Shown here: one piece after another, positions 37,245-50,082 of the stretch
Layout of the letters: every line of letters begins with the position of its first letter
Position numbering within the stretch: the stretch's first letter is position 1
Source: Octopus sinensis
Taxonomy: Eukaryota
NCBI RefSeq assembly: GCF_006345805.1
Contig: NC_043000.1
Location: 74,958,001-75,022,000, forward strand
Direction of reading: 5' to 3'
DNA length: 64,000 nucleotides
Translations under genes and position numbers: made by a program
Notes under the pieces: model-generated
Database searches by the model: none
Seen by the model: the letters and a program-made list of their open reading frames with translations, nothing else
What the model was told of the DNA's origin: nothing

Positions 37245-40200
37245 TAGGGTTGCCAATTTAGTATATTTTATGCCAGATCTAGCATTTGTTTTCAGCATTT
37301 AGCAGAAAATTTTTGGATCTAGCATATAGCAGGTTTAAAATTTTATTTAGCATTTTTTAGCATTTTTCTCGGATCTTTTCTAAAAGATGGACAGAATTTT
37401 CTACTTAACTAAATAATTTGAAACTTCGTATACTGGTCGAATGTGTCAAAAGAAAACATTAATTTCAATTAGTTTTTTTGAGAAAAATGTATTTTGTAAC
37501 TTTTACGTAGTTTAATTCTTCGAATTTTAACCAATTGTATTCTCTGTTTTGAGCTCAATTCATTTCCTGCCGTGTTATTCATCCTTATCACTGTCTTCTG
37601 TGTTCTGTCTTCAAAGGGTTCTTGCATGTTTATTTCAATGTCATCCCTGACTTACGGAACAATTACCTGTGTATGCGTGTTTTTGTTGTGTATGTGTGTG
37701 CGTGTGTGTGTTTGTTGTATGTGTGTGTGTTATTGTTGTGTATGTATGTGTGTGTGTGTGTTGTGTGTGTGTGTGTTATTGTGTATGTGTGTGTGTTTTT
37801 GTTGTGTATGTGTGCATGTGTGTGTGTGTGTCTTTTTGTTGTGTATATGTGTGCGTGTGTTTTTTTTGTTGTGTATGTGTGCGTGTGTTGTGTATCTCTT
37901 AAATCGATGAATTTCGTCGTCCAATAAAAATATTAACGATATTTTTTGAACTTTGATATCGTTAATATTTTTATTGGGCGACGAAATTCATCGATTTAAG
38001 AGATACACAACTCACGCACACATACAGAACAAAAAAACACACATACACAACAAAAAGACACACACACACACGCACACATACACAACAAAAACACACACAC
38101 ACACACAACAAACACACACAGACACATACATACACAACAATAACACACACACACACAACAAACACACATACGCACACACATACACAACAATAACACACAC
38201 ACACACACAACAAACACACACACACACACACATACACAACAAAAACACACACACACAGGTAATCATTCCGTAAGTCAGGGATGACATTGAAATAAACATG
38301 CGAGAAGTCTTTGAAGACAGAACACAGAAGACAGTGATAAGGATGAATAACACGGCAGAAAATGAATTGAGCTCAAAACAGAGAATACGATTGATTAAAA
38401 TTTGAAGAATTAAACTACGTAAAAGTTACAAAATACATTTTTCTCAAAAAAACTAATTGAAATTAATGTTTTCTTTTGACACATTCGACCAGTATACGAA
38501 GTTTCAAATTATTTAGTTAAGTAGAAAATTCTGTCCATCTTTTAGAAAAGATCCATTTTCTCTGATCATGACATTTCCACAGTAGTTACCCTTTTTTCTT
38601 CTTTTTCCTCCTTTTCTACTTTCGTTAATGTATCTTATAGCCAAATTTTAGTACTATCAGCTATTGTTGAATTTTTCTTTCACTTTATTGAAACTTCAAA
38701 TGAAAGTTTATCAAGTTATGAACTTTTCAAGCCATCCTGCCACCAGCTTGGATACAGAGTGGTGCTTGTGGGGGGAGGGGGAGAAGATAACTCATGTCAG
38801 CAGCTGAATTCACTAGTCCTAACAATGCTTTATTCTGTAGTGATGAGTTTTTATCATGACAGGTTGACTGATTTACTTTCAGTTTGACTGCTTTAAAGTA
38901 AGCCTGTGTTTTTCATGCTTGTTTTTGATTATATATCTTGTATAGAAGTATGGGCGTGGTGGGGGTTTCCCCCTTTATATTTCTACATACTTTTTTTTTT
39001 TCAAGTATTGTAGTTATATTTGTGGTTTTACTAATAGATATTAAATGTAAGATTGGAAGCAAAATATGATGTTTTCAGGTTTATATCAGAACACAGTTTT
39101 AGGATTTCTGCAGATTTTACTGTTCCATTTATAAGCTGGCCACCCTGCATCCTGAATCAGTATTCTTCACCTGCTTACAAATGTAAGCAGCAAACACAAG
39201 AATTGTTAATGACAAATGAAAGAATTGTTAGCGGCAAACTGATAAGTTGTGTTTTAAATTTTATATTTTTATTAATCATATAATTTATTTTCTTGCTTCC
39301 CACTACATTATAATGAGCAAAGAAAAAACAAAGCAAAAATTCCGAAAGGAATGGCTTAAGAGGCCAGCATTTACTAAGTGGTTGTGTGAAGTACCTAGTG
39401 ACCAATCTAAAGCATATTGCAGATATTGTAGGTGTAGTAAGTTGGTAAAATATTGTCTTTTAGTAAGCCACTGTGAAGCAACGAAACATAAGGCATCAAC
39501 TCCACAGCAAATGATTCCTCTTACCAATTTTATTAAAACCAAAAATGATAAGACATCTATGCTTGAAGCAAATTTGGCAATGTTTATTAGTTGCCAGTCA
39601 TCATTTAATAACTGTGATCACTTAATAGAGTTTTGTAAGAATTATATGTCTGATGGGGATATTATATCCAAAGTGAAGTTGACTTGTACAAAATGTGCAA
39701 ATATTGTGAGAAATATTCTAGCTCCATATTTTGATGGAGATTTGATTTCTGATATAGAAGATAAAAATTTAGCCTGTTATTAGATGAATCCAATGATATA
39801 TTGATAAACAAGTTGTCAGGAATTGTTATCATGTATTATAGTGACACTCACAAAAAAGTGCTACATACATATCTCAGTATGGTATCTTTAGAAACATGTG
39901 ATGCAGATGGCATTGTAGATGCCTTAAAAATTGAATTAGTGAAAAAGAAATTAGATATAAAAAATTTACTGGCTATAGGAACCGACAATGTTAGAGTAAT
40001 GATAGGAGTCAACAATGGTGTTTTCCAGAAATTAAAAGAAGTTCCATCATCACTTCTATTAGGCAGTGCTCCAGCATGGCTGCAATCAAATGACTGAAAC
40101 AAGTAAAAGAATGTATGTCATTCTTTACAGTTAGCAGTATCCCACACTTGTGCTGAATACTTGCCCATAAATTTAGAATTTTTAGTATCCAAAATCTATA

Positions 40201-41564
40201 AATGATCCTCTCATTCTTCAACAAGACAAAGTGCCTACAAACAAATTTACCTTGCTATCAATGATAAAGAGCCTTTGAAGATCATGAATTCTTGTACATC
40301 TAGGTGGCTGTCAGTAGAACCAGCAGTAAATAGAATTTCAAGCCAATGGTTTGAATTGCAAACTCACTTCCAAACTACAACTACAAAAGAAAAATGCTTT
40401 ACAGCACAAATGTTACACGAAATGTTTTGTGATTCTAGGAATGAACTTTACCTTTCATTTTTACATCCAATTTTAAAACATGTTCAGGAAGTGAATAAAC
40501 TGTTTGAATCAAACACTGCCGACAAAACAAAATTACTTGAAGATTTTTCAAATTTGATCAAATCTGTTGTTGATATGATAGTGTTGCCAACATATAGAAT
40601 TGATCCTCTTGACTCGGATGCTTTTATTGAAAAATTTCTGGATCCTATACCAAATTTAGGCTACAGGTTCGAGAGAAAGATAGAAGAAATGATTATCAAG
40701 AAAACTGTAACAGCCACCAAAGAAAATAATATTCACAAAAGCCCGCAACAGTTTTTATCCTGCCTTTATAAAGAGCTCAAGCACCGTTTGCCAGAAATAT
40801 TAATATACTGAGGAATATCAAATGTTTTTCAGTAGAGAATATTTTGCAGCATTTCAAAGAGCCAATTTTACCTGTTTTAAAAGTAATGCATTTAAATGAA
40901 GAAAAAATTGCTTCAATTAAAATTCAGTTTAATAGCATTCATCATCATCATCATCATCATTATCGTTTAACGTCCATTTTCTGATGATGATGATAATGAA
41001 TGCTATTAAACTGAATTTATTCATTTAGTTAAATGGACAAATATGTCTAATACTGAGGCATTCTGGCTGAAAGTCTTGGAATATAAAGATGGTACTGGAA
41101 GAAATCCTTTTAGAGATGTTGCAGATTTTGCCATTATTCTATTGACATTGCCAAACTCAAATGCAGAAGTTGCACGGTTGCTCAGTAGTATGGGTGTAAT
41201 CAAAACAAAATTGAAAAACAAAATGCATCTTCCTATGCTTAGATCAATACTGTCTACAAAATATGGCCTCGAAAGATATGGCAAATGTTGCAAAAATTTC
41301 AATATTCCAAAACACATAATTAACAAACTTGGGACCTTGAATGTATACAGAAGTCAAGACCTAGGCACTGCAGCTGAAAATGATCAAATCAGTGAAATTC
41401 TAGAAATTGTTTCTCAGTGCTGAAGAAAATAAATAAAAATGTAAATAAAAATTAAGCTTTTTGATATAATTAGTCTTTAGCACTTTTTTGTCATATTTAG
41501 CATTTTTTGGTATTTTTTCTACTGAAATTTAGCATAAAATTCTGATTTTAAGTTGGCAACACTG
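37245..41564 (+). mobile_element. 4.3-kb hAT transposon (ZNF862/TTF-finger type), frameshifted transposase
   Basis: Perfect 8-bp TSD ATCAGTGA (37237-44, 41565-72); TIRs TAGGGTTGCCAA and (rc) CAGTGTTGCCAA; ORFs 39247-41423 with AYCRYC finger, LDESND, IGTDN, SRWLS and hATC-like TLPNSNAEVARLLS. Confidence 0.95.
37371..38554. mobile_element. 1.18-kb foldback palindrome (FB/MULE-like) inside the hAT
   Basis: Arms 37371-37942 and 37956-38554, 13-nt spacer; flanks ATTTTTCTC / ATTTTCTC; mirror ORFs 37572+ and 38353-. Confidence 0.85.
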
Positions 41565-41832
41565 ATCAGTGATGTTCATTGTTAGTAAAATTAGTATGTG
41601 TAATGTTTTTTTCCAAAATGTTAGCATTGGTTATGTATGGGATGTTAGTGTCAGTAATTTCAGTAATTTTATTGTGTATAAGTGTTAGAAGCAGTCATGT
41701 TAATATCAATAATTTTAGTATTAGTAATATAACTGTCAGAAATGTTAACATCACTAATGTCAGTATCACTTATGCTAATATTTGTAATGTTAGTATATGT
41801 AATGTTAGCATCAATAATATTTTTGTCTTTAT

Positions 41833-42049
41833 CCCTTTAGCATTTAACCTGGCCATATCCTTCCCAAATTTTCTACTTGCTTTGTGTTCAAACCAACTAG
41901 ATTTGGTCTCTCATACCTACCTTACAATGTCATTCTAAAAATAAATAATCACATCATTGAAATCTCAAAGCCAGGACAATAATGATTAATTCAAAATGAT
42001 GTGAATATATAAGCATTACCTTTGACAGAGTAATCTGAATGCTAAAGGG
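41833..42049. mobile_element. piggyBac-type MITE, same family as 36257, opposite orientation
   Basis: CCCTTTAGCATT...AATGCTAAAGGG; TTAA sites decayed (TTAT/GTAA). Confidence 0.7.
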
Positions 42050-42177
42050 GTAATGTTAGTGTCAATAATGTTAATGTCAGTAATGTCAGTGTCTATAATA
42101 CTACTATCAGAATGGTTACTTTGAGTAATGTTATTGCCAATAATATTAGTGTCACTAATGTTAGTGTCAGTAATATT

Positions 42178-42387
42178 GATTTCAAATTTTGGTACAAGGC
42201 TATCAATTTTGGGGCAATGAGTAAGTCAATTACATTGATCCCGGTGCTCAACTGGTACTTATGTCATCAACCCAGAAAAGATGAAAGGCAAAGTTGACCT
42301 TGGTGGAATTTGAACTTAGAACGTGAAGACAGATGAAATGCTGCTAAGCATTTCACCCAGCATGCTAATGATTCTGCAAGCTTACCA
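42178..42387 (-). mobile_element. tRNA-derived SINE, second family (central domain resembling Nin/Deu)
   Basis: Reverse complement contains GCCTTTCATC..GG.TTGATGACATAAGTACCAG; matches 42612-42808. Confidence 0.7.
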
Positions 42388-42611
42388 TCTTACTAGCATC
42401 AGTAATATTAGCATCAATATAAGCATACTGACTCATGTTGGTGCCTTTAATTTTAGTATTATTGTTTGTGTCAGTAAGGTTCATAGTGGTAATGTTAGGA
42501 TGAGTAATGATAGTATTAAATGTTTGTATCACTAACATTAGCGTCAGTAATGTTAATGCCAGTAATGTTTATGTCAGTAATGTTAGTAACTGTAATAGTA
42601 GTCTCTGTAAT

Positions 42612-42808
42612 AGGCAGTAGCTGGCAGAATTGTTTGCATGCTGGGAAAAATGCTTAGTGGCATTTCATCCGTCTTTACATTTTGAGTTTAAATTCCATTA
42701 TTCATTCTTTTAGAGTCGATGAATTAAGTACCAGTCAAATACTGGGGTCAATGTATTCAACTTACTCCCTCCTCCGAAATTACTGGCATTGTACCAAAAT
42801 CTGAAACC
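42612..42808 (+). mobile_element. tRNA-derived SINE, second family; a partial copy also lies at ~35720-35860
   Basis: GCTGGCAGAAT..AAATGCTTAG..GAGTTTAAATTCC..GTCGATGAATTAAGTACCAG. Confidence 0.7.
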
Positions 42809-43127
42809 AATATTAGTGTCTGTAATTAAACCACATCTATTTATGCACAATGCAGTAAATCCAAAGAACTTGTGTAAATTTAAATATAGCTTCACTGAGG
42901 AGGAGGAAACTCCCTTCGGTCATGAATGACCATGGGATTGCACCTAGAAAGTTACCCTCCGAGGCACAAGTTCGGGCAAGGTTGTTTGTGGAAGATCATT
43001 AATTCTAGTAAATATTCTAAAAACCTATTCTTGTATCCATGCATGTATTTTAACCATGTAGTTGCATACAGACAAACTGTTATTTAACTTCCATTTAATT
43101 TTTATATTTGTAATTTCTTTTTTGCAG

Positions 43128-43235
43128 TCTGATGTTTGGGCATTAGGCTGCTGTGTGTACGAGATGACTACATTACGACATGCCTTCAATGCAAGAGATA
43201 TGAATTCTTTAGCTTTCAAGATTCTCAGTGGGAAG
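43128..43235 (+). CDS. NEK4: NEK4-like kinase exon: subdomains IX-X (SDVWALGCCVYEMTTLRHAFNARDMNSLAFKILSGK)
   Basis: ttttttgcag acceptor, AAG|GTAATA donor, phase 0 to 0. Confidence 0.95.
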
Positions 43236-43282
43236 GTAATATATATATATAGTTTCAGATGAATATCGTACTTAAGTTGAGG

Positions 43283-45466
43283 CACCAAAATTTAGTATGG
43301 TATTATCCATACAATTTCAAAATGAGGTGATTAAAATCAAAATAAGCAACAAGGATATCCAGAGGTAATGCAGTACGATCGTTTCATGCAACTCCATTTA
43401 ATTGAACAATCATTTCATTACATCGATTTAAAATGTAGAGCAATCTTTAGCTGCACAAATACATAGAATTTGATTAAATTAGAAGGACACATAAGTATAA
43501 TTTTACCTAAAATTTCCAAGAGGATAAGGAGATAGACAAAGAACATGTTTCACCAACAACATCATAGTTGTAACTGAAATTTTTTTCAAGACACTGACTG
43601 TTACTGATTTTTCAGTTATTTAGTTTTATTATGGGGGGGGGGGGGTCAGTTTTAATTTATAGACTAGGTAAAAGAAAATTGCAAAGGAATAGATTAATAT
43701 TTATATACTTATTACTTATCTAAAATATTAATTTATTATAAGGTTTCAGTGGAGATTTATGAAATGGATTTAACTAATATTTAATAAGGGCAACTGAGGT
43801 TAAAGAACATGTCAACTATATACTGATTTAATTAAAGTTGAAACTAATTTTAGGTTGTGGAGATACCAGTATTAACTTATATAAGGGGTACAAGGATTAG
43901 ATTTATTTAAGGTTGCCATAAAAATAACAATAACAACAATAATAAAATTATCAGTTAGGGTAGAGTATCTTGGAAAAGGAATAAATAGACTAATCACTAA
44001 AAACCATAATAAAAAAGAAAATATTCTTACCTTATTAACTCTAATAGTAAGTTTATACAGAAAATGTATAATAATTTATGAGCTAGAATATTAGCTTATT
44101 AAGTTTACTATAATCAGGGCTGAAACTCGGTATTAGTTGAAAAGATAATTTTTGTTAAAAGTACAAGTTAACCATATACTAATATTAAATTAAGAGGAAT
44201 AATATAGATTACGTAAGTTATTTGTGTTAATCTATAAATAAATAATATTACAGTTTCTTAGGAGTACTTAATTGGAGGGGCTATTTAAAACAAATATAAA
44301 TATCAAAATTAAGGGGATGGAACATTATAAGAAAGGAATAAAAAACTTAATTACTAAAACTATTTTGAACAATATGTCATTTTTTTTGTTTAAGGTTAAA
44401 ATATTAGGCTATCATGGAGATTTACCCTTTAGGTGAGAGAACAACTATATTACAGTTTAGTTAAATCTTAATTTAGGCAGTTTAATTTTGGCATTTTAAT
44501 TTCAAAATTTTGAAGATACCTGTATTGCTTCTTATAAGCTAAGTATGGCTTTATAGGGGTACAACAATTTAGGTTTTTATAAAGGTAATTATAGAATATT
44601 AAAACAATTAGGTAGAGTAGAAACATCATAGAAAAGGATGTGAAAATAGCTTAATCACTAAAATCATGATGAAGTACATATACAACTTCGATTAGCTTGT
44701 GTCTTTACCTTCAAATATTATAGAAAGTAACATTTTATTGATCTTAAGTTTTTAAATCTTATAATATACCTTTTAGTTTTATAATCAATGCATAAATAGC
44801 ATACCATGCAACATGAATTTTTTTAGTCAATACTAGGTACTAGTGATTAAAGCTTATATAAGTTAATACTGGTTGACATGTTCTTTAACCTCAGTTGCCC
44901 TTATTAAATATTAGTTAAATCCATTTCATAAATCTCCACAGAAACCTTATAATAAATTAATATTTTAGATAAGTAATAAGTATATAAATATTAATCTATT
45001 CCTTTGCAATTTTCTTTTACCTCCCTCTATTGTGGTTAAAAGAATTTGGTATATACTCAAAATATATTTTTTAAAAAGTGGTATCCTGTTTGTTAAAATT
45101 CTCATTCTTAATAATCTTCTTGATTACCCTAAAATTTTTTTTTAACCTTATACAGTATGATAACATTATTTGAGATGATCTTTTTAAAAATTACTTGATT
45201 TTTCTTTTTCTCAAATAGCTACACCCTCCTGATCTTAGTATTTATAAAGACTTTTATATAAATAACCTTTCTAAATAAGTACCTATTAGAAAATATAAAT
45301 ATCATGTAGGGTGTAATAATAATAACTTCTTCAACCTATGATATAACCCTTAATTTTACAAAAAGATTAGTTGAAAGTAGAATTGTTCCGTAACTTAATT
45401 ATTCCTTTAGCCAATACCATATCTTTTATAAATATTATCTTAACAAGTAAATATAATTTTAGTCTA

Positions 45467-45514
<48 letters not shown>

Positions 45515-48500
45515 AATTATTGTATACAGTGCTCAGGTGCACCACTTGTCAAAAGTGCATATAAAGCATATGCAGTAATGTACAAATGTCTGGAAAGTGA
45601 ACAATGTATGAGTCTGATACATGCTTGCGTGTGTATGGAGGGGAGAAAATCAGGTGTAGTGTTGGTGAATCTCAGGAAGCATGGAAGTTTTGAAGGATGC
45701 AGTGCTCCGACAACTAACAACTGATGCCGGCAGTTTGTTCCATACTTCAGCAACTCTTAGCATGAAAAAATATTTCCGAAAGTCATGGGAGCTGTGCTGT
45801 TTTCTGACTTCGTAAATATGTCCACGGGTGTTAGACAGGTAGAGTTTGAAAAGGTGCTCAGAGTTATTGTTTGTAAGATGGTTAATAATTTTATGGGTGT
45901 CTGCCAAGTCAGCTGCCAGACGTCGGAGTTTCAATGTATCCATGCCCAGGGAAGTAAGGCGTTCAGAATATGGCAAATGCCTGATGGAGGGTATTCTCTT
46001 GGTTGCACGTCGCTGAACGGCTTCCAGACGATTAATATCCTGGACAAGATAGGGGTTCCAGACCGGTGATGCAAATTCCAGGTGAGGTCGCACCATAGCT
46101 ATATAAAGCCATGGATAGATAACCGGAGAGCGGCTCACAAAGGACTTGGTGAGTGATGCCAAGACACCCTCAGCCTTCTTGGCAATTTTAGCAATGTGTT
46201 TTGTCCAACGCAAATCGTTGTCGATAATAATGCCCAGGTCACATTTGCAAGAAGACTTTTTGAGATTAGTGTTGTGGAGGGAGTAAGTAGACGCTAGGTT
46301 TTTCCTCCCAAAATGCATGGTGGTACATTTGTCCACAGCCAGCTTGTGTTGCAAATCCATGATCCACTGCTGCATTGTGTCCAGATCTGATTGCAATAAA
46401 GATCTATAGTGTACAGGATCTGTCCTCTTTATTTTGAGGTACAGCTTGATGTCATCTGCATATTTCAGCACTGTGGCATTTTTTAAGCTGGCATCTATGT
46501 CATTAATATATGCAACAAATAGAAGGGGGCCAAGAACTGATCCCTTTGGTACACTAGATGTCATCTCATAGAGTGAAGAGTGCTGTCCTAGAACTGTGAC
46601 AATCTCTTTTTGGCCAATAATGAAGGACTTCAACCCATTATAGAGATCATCTCTTACACCCATTGCAGAGAGTTTTACCATAAGTCTTTTGTGTGGCACA
46701 GAATTAAAAGCCTTAGCAAAGTCCAGATAAACAACATCCACCCAGGATCCGTGATCAGGGATTCGAGTAATGTCCTAAAGAAACTCGATGAGTTGATTAC
46801 AGCAGCTGGAGTTAGGAATAAATCCAAATTGAGATGGCTGGATGAGGCTGTGAGACTTCCAGAAGTTCCAGAGAGTTTCTCTGACACAGAATTCCATCAG
46901 TTTGGCGATGCAGCTAGTAAGACTAATGGGGCGATAGTTGACAGGCGATGTGCAGTCACCTTTTTTGAACAGAGGGATAACACTGGCAGTTTTCCACTGC
47001 TCTGGAGTAACACCATTGTCAAGACAGAATTGAAAGAATAGTGAAAGTTGGTTTAGAAGAAAGTACCCACCGTGTTTGAGAAGTAGTTATGTAACACCAT
47101 CGAGATCAGGAGAGGCATAGTTACGTTTATTCTTAAGGTGGCATTGTAGCATTGCTGGTGTAAATTTCATAGTAGTTATAGAGTCTGGTGTCAGAGGTGA
47201 TGGAGATGGAACATTTTGATCTTTGACAGTAAAGATGCCTGCATAGCATCCAGCAATGATTTCTGCACATTCTTTGGGATTGTCAGTTATCTGGCCTATG
47301 TGGGGAATGCGAAGGGAACCAGCTGGAGAGTGAGGTCTCTACTTTGAATGTACATACTTCCAGAACACTTTGCTGTCAGGGTTGGTTGCTATGTGCTGTT
47401 CAAATTCAAGCACTGCCTTTTTTGTCATCTGCTCGAGATGATTGGCTGATCTATTGCGCTTTTTCCTGTTGATCTCTAATTTGTGCATTTTGTATTCCTG
47501 TTCAGCATTACAGCGTTCTTTCCTGGCAAGTTGGACTGCTGCAGTCTCCCAAATTACACTATTGGGTGGTTTTTTGTGCTTGCGTGGTACTGATGCTGCA
47601 CATGCCATCCATATTGAATTCTGAATGTTCTCAAGTATAGTGTTCACATCTCCAGAGGCATAAAATTCGAGCCAGTTTGGGCGTCACAGCTTGGTACAAT
47701 AAGAGCTTCAGTTTGCTTTATTCCAGTCAAAGTGGGCAGTTTGAAGATGGTTGTGGTTTTTGTTACAACCAATCAGAGACAAGTCGGCCATGATCATGGT
47801 ATGATCAGAGTCACCTAAAGGTTCTTCAGTAGTGATACTAATAATTGTTTCAGGAGAAGCGGTAAATAGCAGATCCAAAGTGTTGTTACCTCTTGTTGGG
47901 GAGGTAATGACTTGGGACCAATTTAAATTTAGCACCAGTTCAAGGAAATCGTCTGCACTTTGCGGCCAACGGAAAGCCTCCCAGTCAATCTCAGGGAAAT
48001 TGAAGTCACCCGCAATATAAACATAAGTGGCTGTTTTCATAGCAGCAGCTCTGAAGATATCAAAAAGTTGTGTGTCTTGATGATAATTTGGAGGGTGGTA
48101 AACAACTTTAAGTAGAAGTGTTGACATGGTCATGTGTATATTGCAGAAAAATACTTACTGTTGAGATTGGTTCAAACCATCACAAAGAATTGCTGATAGA
48201 TTTGAATGAACGTAAACCATCACACTCCCACCATGATGATTGATGCGGTCTTTGTGGAACAGGTTGTAGCCGGCTATGCTGAAAATCCCATCACAGAGTG
48301 CAGAATGTACCCATGTTTCTGCGACTGTGATGAAATCTGGGTCGATACTTTTAACGTAAGAGTCAAAAAGATGTACTTTGTTGCATAAACTACGGGCATT
48401 TAAGGACAACAGTTTGTATCTGGATTTCAAATGACAATGATATACAGGGGATGGCTGATTGTTCTTGTTTAGTTTCCCATGATTTTTGTATTGCCAGTTA

Positions 48501-49582
48501 TTATGGGTGCAGTATGCTCAGACCAGTTATTGTGGGTGCAGTATTTTGTATTATTAAACTTTTTTCCAAAAATCTTCTCTATTGGTGTTAACAAGCTAAA
48601 TATACTTTACCGTAGTATTAGTAATTTTCTATGATGTTCTATCCATGATTATTTTATATTATTTTATTTTAAAATTAGCCTTTATTTATTTATTTATAAA
48701 ATCATTCTAAGTCTCGTATCTCTTTAAATTTCATACTCAGCTATTTCATAAAGCTATGCTGATATATTTCACTACTTATAATACAGATCTCTGCTTAGAC
48801 TAAAATTTTTAATGTATAATTAGCATGTTCTTTTATCTAAATACTCCTTCATTAATACCAGTAAATATCATTTAATCAATATTCACAGATATCTGATAAG
48901 TTAGTATTTAAGTGTATAAATATTAAACTATTTCTATATTTTCTTTTCCTCCCTCTATTGTGGTAGAAGTTTGATATATACTAAAAAGTATTCATAAATA
49001 TTCTTCTTAATAATCTTTTAAATAACCCTTAACTTTATCTGTATACAATATAGCATCATTGTTTTATAGTAGTACTACATCATAAGACTTCCCCTGTCCC
49101 ATTAGCAATGCTAGTGGGTGTTCCCTTAATTATCAGCTAACATCTTGTTTTAAGTATTCTCTTACTAAACCTTGTGACATTGCTTCAAATAAATCTTGAT
49201 TTTATGACTATACCATTTAGAATGTCTGTCTACTCCACCAACTCTACCCCAAGCTACCAAGATTTGATAAACTGGTCTATAAATTAAAACTGACCCCCCA
49301 CCCCCTGTAATAAAACTAAATAACAGAAAAATTAGTAACAGTCAGTGTCTTCTTGAAAAAAATTTCAGCTACAACTATGATGTTGTTGGTAAAACATGTT
49401 CTTTGTCTATCTCCTTATCCTCTTGGAGATTTTAGGTAAAAATTATACTAATGTGTCTGTCTAATTTAATTAAATTCTATGTATTTGTGCAGCTGATGAT
49501 TGCATTGTTCAATTAAATGGAGTCACATGAAATGATCTTACTGCATTACCTCTGGATATCCTTGTTGCTTATTTTGATTTTA
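43283..49582. repeat. Unclassified AT-rich repeat, locus 2, with nested inverted arms; interrupted by a CR1-like LINE
   Basis: 43332-43664 is the reverse complement of 49275-49582; 43666-43816 is the reverse complement of 44872-45022. Confidence 0.75.
45469..48545 (-). mobile_element. CR1/L2-clade LINE, near-complete but frameshifted ORF2, (TAA)n tail
   Basis: APE LSLNARSL..VAETW and AGDFNFP (48430-47708); RT ORF 46741-45650 VYLDFAKAF, GSVLGP, KYADD; tail 45469-45510. Confidence 0.93.
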
Positions 49583-49693
49583 TATATATATATATATATA
49601 TATATGTATAGATAGATAGATCATCAGTGAATCATATATGGATGTGAAACTATTGGTCACTCTATGACTAGTCATATATTTAACTTCATGTAA

Positions 49694-49731
<38 letters not shown>

Positions 49732-50082
49732 TTCAATTTTCACCCTTTGCATCAGTTAGTCAATGATTTATCCTTGTCATAAAAGCGGTAAATTGGAACA
49801 GTGGAACAAGTAATGCATCAACCAAATATGTTATAGTATGCAGACTCCATTTACATTTGAGGTTAAATCTTATCAGTGAAATAGAGGGGTATACTGAACT
49901 TTTGTCTGAACATGTGAGAAAAAATGTTGGATGTTGTGGCAGAAAAGCAGGTACAAAGAAAGGAGCACAGCAACACCAACAAACCAATGAAGTCATACTG
50001 ACGTGACCTTTGCAACAGAGAATGTCATTTCTTTTTTGCCATAAATGACACTGTTTCTAAAAGATTAACACTATATCAAGGA

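Larger units (their letters stand above)
41565..42610. repeat. Right part of the degenerate ~15-bp array
   Basis: Same TAATGTTAG motif resumes after the hAT. Confidence 0.8.

Noticed and set aside
36014-37298. Thr/Asn-rich mucin- or antifreeze-like protein
   Set aside because: Short ORFs on both strands with frequent stops, produced by a triplet-periodic array; no splice structure
39247-41423. Domesticated ZNF862-like host gene
   Set aside because: Frameshifts and stops, an RTE micro-insertion, and intact TIRs with TSD indicate a dead transposon
43666-45468. Nuclear mitochondrial insertion
   Set aside because: AT-rich, but I recognise no mitochondrial rRNA, tRNA or protein motif, and the family is dispersed with inverted arms
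49493-49535. Hammerhead ribozyme (CTGATGA...GAAA)
   Set aside because: No stem II or flanking helices, and CTGATGA is created at a deletion absent from the other arm
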